Source: an uncultured archaeon
Lineage (GTDB): Archaea; Asgardarchaeota; Lokiarchaeia; Sigyniarchaeales; SOKP01
Length of the DNA: 27,257 bases
Reading direction: 5' to 3'
Assembly: GCA_964486045.1 (NCBI GenBank)
Contig: CAZALK010000023.1
Location: 38,231 to 65,487, forward strand
The notes beneath the pieces were generated by a model. The model saw nothing but the letters and a program-made list of their open reading frames with translations. It had not been told where the DNA came from and did not search any database. A program made the translations under genes and the position numbers. Below, in pieces: positions 8,991 to 17,195 of this stretch (its first letter is position 1; every line of letters begins with the position of its first letter).

Positions 8991-9821
8991 ATACAAGTAT
9001 TTCTTATAAATCCAGATGGAACAACCACCGAGGAAATAACAGATGGTTCGATTAAAAATATCTTAAAAACTGAGGAATGTTATGTCCTGGTTGCCGATGA
9101 TGTTAGAAAAGTTTATCTTTGGAAAGGTCTTAAGAGCAGTGTAAGGTCTAAATTCATTGGAGCGAAACGATCTCAAGAAATCCGCGGGCAAGTTGGAATG
9201 CATTATGGTGTCATCCCGCTTGATGAGAGTGAAGAAGATACTGAGTTTCTACAAATGATTGGTGGAAAAACAGAAGCAGGCATCGCAAAAGAAATAAAAA
9301 ATGAAGCGGTTACCTCACCGTCAGTGCATCCTCTGAGAGAAAAAAATGTGTTTGGTACGCCAAAACCTGCTGAAGGTATGAATATTGCAGGAAGTAAAAC
9401 TCGTGCTACAATAAATACTGGTCCTATGTATAGAGGAGAGAGTTCAATGCCATCTCTAATGCAGGAAGAAACTCATGTAGATTTTGAAGATATTATGAAA
9501 AAATTGGAACAAATTCAAATGCCTCCTGGGTTTGAAAGAGAGCTAATAATTATTGGAAATCACGCTTATTCGGTAGTTGAAAAAGTACAACAATTTCTAG
9601 GGAAGAAACAAGTCACTAAAGAGATCTCAAAGGTAGGTGATATTCCTGAAGGAATATTTTTTGCTGAAAGCTATGCACCTCGGATTCTTTCAGAAAACGG
9701 TAAAATTTTGGCAATCGAATTCCTTAAACGCACGGATGAATCAACCAAACCAGTAGAAGGTAGATCCAAGAGAGAGTTACTAAAAAATCAAATTAAACAA
9801 CAATTAGAAGGGAGTAGCTAA
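8991..9821 (+). CDS. Gelsolin-like domain protein with C-terminal Asgard-type extra domain (1DGelX-like); probable ATA start
   Basis: Frame is open from 8988, giving IQVFLINPDG...CYVLVADDVRKVYLWKGLKSSVRSKFIGAKRSQEIR...LDESEEDTEFLQMIG, which matches the gelsolin repeat pattern. The ORF track start at 9198 cuts this domain off. Confidence 0.8.
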   Translation: MQVFLINPDGTTTEEITDGSIKNILKTEECYVLVADDVRKVYLWKGLKSSVRSKFIGAKRSQEIRGQVGMHYGVIPLDESEEDTEFLQMIGGKTEAGIAKEIKNEAVTSPSVHPLREKNVFGTPKPAEGMNIAGSKTRATINTGPMYRGESSMPSLMQEETHVDFEDIMKKLEQIQMPPGFERELIIIGNHAYSVVEKVQQFLGKKQVTKEISKVGDIPEGIFFAESYAPRILSENGKILAIEFLKRTDESTKPVEGRSKRELLKNQIKQQLEGSS

Positions 9822-10021
9822 ATTCAATAAATTCTACATATTTTTCTCTTATTTTATTAATAAATAAAATCTAATTTCTGTAGTTTCAACAATATATCTC
9901 AGAAATTACCAATAAAATTATCATCAAAATTTTGAAAAAATCTTTAAGTTATTTCTAAATATAATTTTTTAAGTTTTGATTTTTTACTTATTATTAATTA
10001 AAAAAAAAATTTAAGAATATC

Positions 10022-10414
10022 ATGGCAGAATTAACCCCAGATGAAGCACAATCTCTTAGTAAATTTTTGGGCAGTATTACGGAGTATTCCGAGCTGGACG
10101 CGCTTGCTCTTATTACACGTGAGGGTTTACGCTTAGCTTTCAGTGCTGTACCGGGATACAATGTTGATCCTGACTTATTTTCTAGTTTAAGCGCGGTAGT
10201 TGTGCAATCCGGAAGTGATGCAATAAAAACACTCGGTTTTAAAAACATGCTGGAAATCATATTACGAGGTGACAATGCATTTATTATTCTTAGTGTAGCT
10301 GGACGATTCTTTTTAATGGGTGCTTCAAGAGAATCGGCAGAATTAGGAAAAGTCGTAAAGGTATTCAGATATTACAGTAATGAGATAAGTATGCGCTACC
10401 CGTTTGAAAAGTGA
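10022..10414 (+). CDS. Roadblock/LC7 (MglB/LAMTOR-like) domain protein
   Basis: 130 aa with ALALITREGLRLAFS, DLFSSLSAVV, EIILRGDNAFIIL and a terminal helix. Confidence 0.85.
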   Translation: MAELTPDEAQSLSKFLGSITEYSELDALALITREGLRLAFSAVPGYNVDPDLFSSLSAVVVQSGSDAIKTLGFKNMLEIILRGDNAFIILSVAGRFFLMGASRESAELGKVVKVFRYYSNEISMRYPFEK

Positions 10415-10646
10415 TATTGGCAGAGTACACCAAGTTTAAAGTTATTAACTTATCTAAGATTATTCAAAGATTTTATTTCTATGATTCTCTTATCAGCTTG
10501 ATATATGACAAAGCAAAGACAGAAGGATAAGTCTCTTTCTTAATATTAGGATAAGGAAGAAACATTGGGGGGGATTGTAAAGATATCATTCTCCGTTATT
10601 CTTCATTTATTCTATGCAAAGTACACTATTAAGTGAACTCATGAAT

Positions 10647-11024
10647 TCAAGGGTAAAATTTGCTATCTTTTGTATGCCTATAATATTCGCGATTTAACTC
10701 ATAGCAATCGACACAGAACCAGACTTTTGTTACGGGGTTGAATATCATATCTTGGTCGGATTTCTGACATACAGGACAAAGGCAAATTGACTTATCTAAA
10801 ATTTTATCTATTTCATACATTTTTCTAACAGGTCTTCGTGATACCCCTACGTTAGTCTCGTTATATTCTGCTGAATTGCCATTCTTATCCCACCATACAT
10901 TCTTTAATTCTTCTCTCAAACGAGATTTTTGATCTAGAGCAAATCTTATAAACACTAAGCGTAAATTATTCCTAAGCCTTCGCAATTGAGGATCTTTTAT
11001 TTTTATGGTTTTTTTGTGCTTCAC
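10647..11024 (-). CDS. Hypothetical protein with C-terminal zinc ribbon
   Basis: CPVC...WFCVDC; GTG start. Confidence 0.65.
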   Translation of the reverse strand: MKHKKTIKIKDPQLRRLRNNLRLVFIRFALDQKSRLREELKNVWWDKNGNSAEYNETNVGVSRRPVRKMYEIDKILDKSICLCPVCQKSDQDMIFNPVTKVWFCVDCYELNREYYRHTKDSKFYP

Positions 11025-11252
11025 AGTTATAATTTAGACTCTCAATAATCTTACTCTATGAACCTTGACTCTAAAGAGAAAATTGAATTTTAATAATTTA
11101 GTTAGAATAATATTTATGTAGTTAGTTATATCAAATCTAGAATAATATCTTATACTGATATTAGGTTATTATTAATAAGGAAGATAAATATTTGTTATTA
11201 GAAATTTTAATTTTGATCACTTGTAAGGCATTTATCAATTCAGAAAAAAAAA

Positions 11253-13532
11253 ATGAGTGAAATGACAGACCTTAAACTATTTGTTGATGCAAACAACGAA
11301 GTAGAAGATAAAGTACTAATTTGTCAATCAAATGCAGACAAATTAGGAGTCAAAAATGGAGATACAGTAGAAGTAATAAACGTTGACCACAATTTGAAAA
11401 AATTTGCTCAAGTGGAGATATCAAATACCATGTTAGATTTTGCTGGACAATTCGCAAAAAACATCCTTGATGACCTTCAATTTTCTGGGGTAGAATTAAC
11501 GATTCGGAAAGCCAGTGATGCTGCTACACTTACTCCAACAGTAAGGATCCCCAAAGTCCCCCCAGCACAAACAGCACCAGCACCGACAGAACATTCAAAC
11601 TTATCACCATTACCTACACCTCCTCCCGATGTACAACTATCTCAACCCGTCTCACCACCTTTTACTACTCCTGAACCAGTACCACAACCTCAACCCGTCT
11701 CACCACCTTTTACTACTCCTGAACCAGTGCCACAACCTCAACCCGCCTCATCACCAGTTACCACTCCTGAACCGGTACCACAACCTACACCACCACTACA
11801 ACCTACACCAACACTACAACCTACACCAACACCACAACCTACACCACCACCACCATCAGCGCCTTTAGCACAACCCTCTTTATCTCCTTTACCCTCACCA
11901 CCACCCCAACCTGCTCCAATAGATATTCCACCTTCTCCAGTAACACAAAATATATCTGAACCTTCAGCCCCAGAAGACCCATACCCAAACAAAATCGATG
12001 TTAATGTTCTACAGGGTCAAAAACGTGGAATAATCCTTAAACCTGTTTTAGATAATAATATTGAGGGTGGAAGAGTGCAGATCAGTGAAGGTGTTCTTCA
12101 ACAACTAGGTCTTGGACAGGGTATGCTACTAGGGTGGGAAGATCCATTAACAAGAGCAATGGGTTCAGCGCGAATTGATGCAACAAACATTATTCCGAAT
12201 GAAATAAAGATGAGTTTTGATACTTATGAGGACACAAATATTAAAGCAGAACAAATAGTTGTATACTCAACAGAACCACCTATTGAAAAAGCTTCTGAAA
12301 TGATGTTAGAAGTTGAGTCCCAACCCAATTTAATGGGATATGCTTTAGTTAGCCCACGAACTCAACATTCTCTTTCAATTAAAACGGAAGATATTCTTGC
12401 TTTTGAAGATGAGCTGACTGGGGCTGTGGGTGCAGCAAAAGTAGAGATTATGGAAGATTCATCTGATAATGTAATAATTATTGATAGTGAAGTTTTAGAA
12501 GCCTCTGGCATAGGTAGTTTTGAAGTAAAAGTCTCCAAAAACCAGAGGTCAATTATTCCCTTACAGAGTATTACACTTGGGATATCACCGATATCTGGGG
12601 AAAATATGTGGGAGATTATAAGTACTGCTAGAGAGAATGTTGACTCATTAAAAGGGTGGATTTCAAATTATGTCATTTTTAAGGGCATAAAACTAAGATG
12701 GAATGCTGTAAATATCGCCTGTTCAATTCTTGATACTGTACCCGACTTGGTTGGGGATATTTTTGCGAAAGTTACCGAAAATACAACACTTTCTTTAAGT
12801 CCGATGGGTTTAATTCCCTTTAATGCAATCTTAGTAATTGATATAAGCAGAAGCATGATGGCTCGGGATGTACTAGTCACTAACATCGCCCCCGCAATAG
12901 AAGGAATTAAAGCCGCAATGGAATCAAGGGAAATTCAGGAATTTTTAAAACACTTCAAAGATGGGGTTAACATACCACGTAGGATATCTGCAGCTTTTGC
13001 CGCAGTCTTATTTTTGAGTGAAAAAGTTGGTAGGGGATTCGGAGAAAAAGTCTCCATAATTCGCTTCGCGGATGAGGCGCAGGTACTCCCCTTTGGTAAT
13101 TCATATTATATGGATTCTGCAAGTGGTAAGAAGGGAATTCTTGAGGAGGCCGCCCGTATGATTGTAGATCGTGTAGGAAATAGTTATGGTCAAGCTACTC
13201 AATTAGGTGCTGCCATGCGATCAGCACATCAAGTATTAGATAACTTTCAAAATATGAATCCAGACCAGCCAACGATGATTATACTACTAACAGATGGTTT
13301 AGGGACAGATGGTGACGCTTTCATCAATGAGATTAAGAAATTTTCAGAAAATCCCAATGTTGTAATTTACATAGTTGGATTAGGTAACCCCGATGATGAG
13401 TTAATGACTCGCGCTGCTGCTCTGTGTGGAGGAGAATACTTTAAACCAGAGGATGCTGGAGAGCTTTTAATCTGGTACTCAAAACGAGCACGGGATCTCA
13501 CAGTAAAACTAAAAGCTCACAAAGTCGAATAA
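11253..13532 (+). CDS. Multidomain protein: Cdc48-N-like double-psi barrel repeats, Pro-rich linker and C-terminal vWA domain
   Basis: Three related segments (ADKLGVKNGDTVEV, LQQLGLGQGMLLGWEDPLT, QHSLSIKTEDILAFEDELT). MIDAS motif DISRS, then ATQLG, LLTDG, IYIVGLG and LCGGEYF. Confidence 0.85.
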   Translation: MSEMTDLKLFVDANNEVEDKVLICQSNADKLGVKNGDTVEVINVDHNLKKFAQVEISNTMLDFAGQFAKNILDDLQFSGVELTIRKASDAATLTPTVRIPKVPPAQTAPAPTEHSNLSPLPTPPPDVQLSQPVSPPFTTPEPVPQPQPVSPPFTTPEPVPQPQPASSPVTTPEPVPQPTPPLQPTPTLQPTPTPQPTPPPPSAPLAQPSLSPLPSPPPQPAPIDIPPSPVTQNISEPSAPEDPYPNKIDVNVLQGQKRGIILKPVLDNNIEGGRVQISEGVLQQLGLGQGMLLGWEDPLTRAMGSARIDATNIIPNEIKMSFDTYEDTNIKAEQIVVYSTEPPIEKASEMMLEVESQPNLMGYALVSPRTQHSLSIKTEDILAFEDELTGAVGAAKVEIMEDSSDNVIIIDSEVLEASGIGSFEVKVSKNQRSIIPLQSITLGISPISGENMWEIISTARENVDSLKGWISNYVIFKGIKLRWNAVNIACSILDTVPDLVGDIFAKVTENTTLSLSPMGLIPFNAILVIDISRSMMARDVLVTNIAPAIEGIKAAMESREIQEFLKHFKDGVNIPRRISAAFAAVLFLSEKVGRGFGEKVSIIRFADEAQVLPFGNSYYMDSASGKKGILEEAARMIVDRVGNSYGQATQLGAAMRSAHQVLDNFQNMNPDQPTMIILLTDGLGTDGDAFINEIKKFSENPNVVIYIVGLGNPDDELMTRAAALCGGEYFKPEDAGELLIWYSKRARDLTVKLKAHKVE
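11641..11855 (+). repeat. Coding tandem repeats: 3 x 48 bp (QPVSPPFTTPEPVPQP) then ~4 x 18 bp (PTPPLQ-like)
   Basis: 48-bp units start at 11641, 11689 and 11737; 18-bp units start at 11785, 11803, 11821 and 11839. Confidence 0.92.
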
Positions 13533-13703
13533 AAATCTTTTTGTACTTCTCTCTTTTTCACTTCTTATGATTGCAAAAAAGAATTAAAGAAAATTATATA
13601 ACTCTATTAGTTCATATACTAAACAAGTTATCTATTATATATATTAAGACTTCTTTACAGAAATTTAATTGCATTTTGTAAGAAATGAAGTACATGAATA
13701 ATA

Positions 13704-14558
13704 ATGAAAAAATTTAAAGTTAACACCTATCTAATGTTAAAACTGGAAAATCGAGAAACTAACATCTATATCAATGAAAAGATGTTTATGCAGTGCAAAT
13801 ACTTACTATTAGACATTCCAATACAAAAAATTAGCACATTTGATGAGATTGAGTCTATTGATGAAGCTGCTGAAAGACTAGATACATCTATGGAAGAGGG
13901 GAACGAGATTAAGTCAGAAATCTCTCCAGAAACAGAATTTTGGGGTCATTGCTCTAATTTGCAAGTGTGGTATGAACATGGCTATAATACCAATCTTTTA
14001 CATAGTAATTTGGCTTTCCCTTTACTTAAAAAGCTCGTAGATGCAGGAGATTCGTTGGCTGAAACGGTATTCAAGGAGGAGATTGTTAAAAGGATGAAAA
14101 TGGGATATGGAGCTACTTTTCTTTACCTCTTTGACGAGAAATACCATCACTATCTCAAAAGAGTGGAATTTATTGAAAACATTCTAAATCCCCATGATGT
14201 TGGAATATTAAAGGAGATTGAAAATTTATTAAATGTGGAATACGGATTAATAGATTCTCTTGAGTCTTTAAAATATGGGCTTCCAGATAAATATGTAGAA
14301 CATTTTGCAATTAAAGAAGGATTTATCACAGAATTGGAATTAGTGTTTAGAAAACCTTATCAGTTCCCTAAAAATATAAAAAACCTTTCTCGACTTAGAA
14401 CACTTTACGTCCATATTAGTGATATGGTTCTTATTAGGGAATTCAAACAATTATTAAAATCGATACCAATCGATAAGTTACATTCACTTGAATTATTAGA
14501 AGTTAATGGGGGCAAAATAGAAGACCTTACTAAATTTATAGAAAGTCTAATCGAATAA
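13704..14558 (+). CDS. Lokiarchaeal expanded-family protein (often LRR-associated) with one degenerate LRR-like stretch
   Basis: FKVNTYLMLKLE..TNIYIN..CKYLLL..SIDEAAE..EFWGHCSNLQVW..LLHSNLAFPLLKKL signature; FPKNIKNLSRLRTLYV near the C-terminus. Confidence 0.75.
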   Translation: MKKFKVNTYLMLKLENRETNIYINEKMFMQCKYLLLDIPIQKISTFDEIESIDEAAERLDTSMEEGNEIKSEISPETEFWGHCSNLQVWYEHGYNTNLLHSNLAFPLLKKLVDAGDSLAETVFKEEIVKRMKMGYGATFLYLFDEKYHHYLKRVEFIENILNPHDVGILKEIENLLNVEYGLIDSLESLKYGLPDKYVEHFAIKEGFITELELVFRKPYQFPKNIKNLSRLRTLYVHISDMVLIREFKQLLKSIPIDKLHSLELLEVNGGKIEDLTKFIESLIE

Positions 14559-14580
14559 ATTTTAAAAAAAGGAAAAAAAA

Positions 14581-15765
14581 TTATCTTAGCCTAAGCAATC
14601 TTCCTATATACACTACCATTGGATCCATACTTGTCCTTAAATAGTTCATATAAATGGTGCCAAATTGTGAACGCCCTCCAGAGGTCATAGATATCTTAAA
14701 CTTAAAGGCATCATTCCAATCCTGATTATGTTCATCGATATTACTATAAAATGTGATCTGATTTCCAGGATTATCTGGATCAGAGAATTTTTCGTAATAT
14801 TTCAAAACATATTGTCGACCTGTACCGGATGCAGTGTAAATTTGTGAACTTTTCAGATACCCTTGATAAGTTACAAAAAAATAGGCTCGATGCTGGTCAA
14901 ACGTGCTCCCTACAGGCTCAACAGAAAACCCAATTGGAATACCATGTAGTAAGAATGCGATATGTTCTAAAACATACATTGAATTTTCATAAACGGGAGT
15001 TCCTGGATTTCTTAGGTCTATTATAAAAGCATTAGGTTCTTGTGTAGGATCACTAACAGCTGGAAGAAGATATTCTCTTTTGATGTTGGCTTTAAAACCC
15101 TCCTTGGCACCTAAAGGAACTGCGAGTATTTTAGCGTATCCACCCACCAATTGAATTTCTTTTGCTAAATTGTTGGTAACACTTTTAACGTTTATATCTT
15201 TTATTGTATTGAACTTTTGTTGTTGAATCATTGCTTTTATTGTCTTTCCAACAGCTCCCCAAATGGTTATATCCTGCCCTATAAAATCTTCGTAATAAAT
15301 AGGTATTTTATAATTGACTCTTGTATTCGCAGGATTTGAGTATGGAAGTTCCAACATAGTAGTTGCTGCTTTAGAACCTATAAAACGCTCGAAGATTCCT
15401 CTTAATTGACTTTCAGCCTTTTCACTTGAAAGACTTGACCGAATATAAACTATAGATTGAGTAAGGAGCATTTGTTTTTGAGCTGAAGTGAGAGAATTAT
15501 CACTTAAGATATGATCGGTTACTATCTTTTCAAACTTCGTTATCAGATTACTCTGTTTCTTCATAAAAATTCCAGCAACATCAGCCTGAACCCTTGTGTC
15601 TTGAACAGTTGATAGTGGGGTTGTGCGGAATCTTTTTCCATGAATATCTGCAAATGAACTTGCTAACCCATAGGCAATTTCCCATGAAAGAGTTCGAGAG
15701 TCTCCCGCTGTTATTGGGGCAGTTAAAAGATTGGGAAATAAATGAGGAAATAATGGGTGAGATAT
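14581..15765 (-). CDS. Hypothetical protein (394 aa from a probable ATA start; 327 aa from ATG 15564)
   Basis: Frame stays open upstream of ATG 15564 until TGA at 15787-15789. AAGGAG at 15778-15783 precedes ATA at 15765. Confidence 0.7.
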   Translation of the reverse strand: MSHPLFPHLFPNLLTAPITAGDSRTLSWEIAYGLASSFADIHGKRFRTTPLSTVQDTRVQADVAGIFMKKQSNLITKFEKIVTDHILSDNSLTSAQKQMLLTQSIVYIRSSLSSEKAESQLRGIFERFIGSKAATTMLELPYSNPANTRVNYKIPIYYEDFIGQDITIWGAVGKTIKAMIQQQKFNTIKDINVKSVTNNLAKEIQLVGGYAKILAVPLGAKEGFKANIKREYLLPAVSDPTQEPNAFIIDLRNPGTPVYENSMYVLEHIAFLLHGIPIGFSVEPVGSTFDQHRAYFFVTYQGYLKSSQIYTASGTGRQYVLKYYEKFSDPDNPGNQITFYSNIDEHNQDWNDAFKFKISMTSGGRSQFGTIYMNYLRTSMDPMVVYIGRLLRLR

Positions 15766-15824
15766 AACGAAACTTTTCTCCTTTTTTCATTTTTTCTTTA
15801 TATTTATTCGATTTAGCTTGATGT

Positions 15825-16574
15825 ATGGCTGGAGATTTATTTATTACCTCATTGGTGATCTTTCTTTTTGTTCTAGTGATAGGATATGTAGTACAGACAA
15901 TTCTTGAGGGAAGTGATAGGGGTCCATTTACCACAATAATAAATATTCTAGCATTTATTGGCGTATATATACATGAAATTTCTCATGCGGTGTTAGCTAT
16001 TTTCTCTGGAGCTCCCGTAAAAAGTATTAAGGTTAGGTTAAGGGATGAAGACACGGGAAGAATCGCCCCTCATGGGGAAATAAACACCAGAAGACCCTAC
16101 CAAATGACCTTCCTTCAATCACTTTTAACCAGCTTTGGTCCGGTAATACTCGGTACATGGATATTTTATTTTGCGATGCAATTTGCGTTCGATTTGTTAG
16201 TTGATCCCCTTTTTCGTATAATATCGGGATTAATAGCACTTTCAGTCCTTATCGCCTCGACACCCTCTCCCCAAGATCTCAGGTTAATAATCGTTTATTT
16301 TAGTTTCGATCCTCGGCATTCATGTTACCAAATTATAGTGTTAACAGCCTCTATTTTACTCTCATGGACAATCGTGGTAGCATTTCACATTGTTTTTCCC
16401 ATTGAATTTTTTTATTACGGTCTCATTATCTTTTGGTATTTCACTCTCAAATACTCATTACTCCTGATTAAATGGGGTTTTAACAAGATTCGTACTCGGT
16501 TCGGGAAAGAAACAAATAGATCACGGTTTAGACGATCTTCCAGGAGAAAATATACATCTTCACAATTTAAATAA
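15825..16574 (+). CDS. M50-like intramembrane zinc metallopeptidase
   Basis: HEISH (HExxH) in hydrophobic context, FGP motif, PSPQD third-ligand motif, several TM segments. Confidence 0.8.
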   Translation: MAGDLFITSLVIFLFVLVIGYVVQTILEGSDRGPFTTIINILAFIGVYIHEISHAVLAIFSGAPVKSIKVRLRDEDTGRIAPHGEINTRRPYQMTFLQSLLTSFGPVILGTWIFYFAMQFAFDLLVDPLFRIISGLIALSVLIASTPSPQDLRLIIVYFSFDPRHSCYQIIVLTASILLSWTIVVAFHIVFPIEFFYYGLIIFWYFTLKYSLLLIKWGFNKIRTRFGKETNRSRFRRSSRRKYTSSQFK

Positions 16575-16594
16575 TAAAAAGTAGGTGAACGAAA

Positions 16595-16927
16595 ATAAAA
16601 GGATTAATTTTGGTAGTACTAGCTATTGGGTTTTTCATGTTTTATCAGCAGAGTCCGGTGTATGCGATAATAATAATTGGAATCTTTATCGCAGGGTATA
16701 TTTTTGTTAAATCACGAAAATCTGGTTCAGGTATTGGTGGGTTTTTAAAAGGGAAGTCGGCTCAACCGAATAATCATATGGATGATCTTATAACTTTGAT
16801 AATGCTCCAGCAATTGACTAACAATACAAACTCCCGTCTGGATAGCATTGAGGAACGCGATAATAATGATCATGAAAAGCATATTGAAAAAATAAAGCAA
16901 GAAACTCTCGCCCTTTTAGATGAGTAA
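16595..16927 (+). CDS. Small two-TM membrane protein; probable ATA start
   Basis: AGGTGA at 16583-16588, then in-frame ATA AAA GGA TTA ATT TTG. Its stop overlaps the next ATG. Confidence 0.7.
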   Translation: MKGLILVVLAIGFFMFYQQSPVYAIIIIGIFIAGYIFVKSRKSGSGIGGFLKGKSAQPNNHMDDLITLIMLQQLTNNTNSRLDSIEERDNNDHEKHIEKIKQETLALLDE

Positions 16928-17195
16928 AACAATGGATACAATGTTGCTTCAAGAATCGATTATAACAAGTATTCACGAATTGTTTCAAAAAAATACTTTA
17001 ATCTCTATATCAGGAAAAGCTGGAACAGGCAAAACATCTCTCTCGTTATATTTAATAGGGAATTTTCTTACATCTACCCAACCTTATGAGAGTTTATATT
17101 ACTCTTGTAGAAGAATTAATTTACGCCAAATTTTATCGAAAAAGAGATCCACTAAAAGTGTAAAATATTATCAAGCAATAGGGATAGTAAAGTAG
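16920..17195 (+). pseudogene. Truncated RecA/RadB/KaiC-like P-loop ATPase (N-terminal fragment)
   Basis: LISISGKAGTGKTSLSL Walker A motif. No Walker B; after about 17095 the frame runs into unrelated sequence and overlaps the kinase 3' end. Confidence 0.7.

Noticed and set aside
11641-11855. Tandem repeats as a CRISPR array
   Set aside because: Units are contiguous, in frame and lack unique spacers; no cas genes.
15581-15934. 117-aa minus-strand ORF
   Set aside because: It overlaps the peptidase start and the extended frame of the 14581 gene; its composition is shadow-like.
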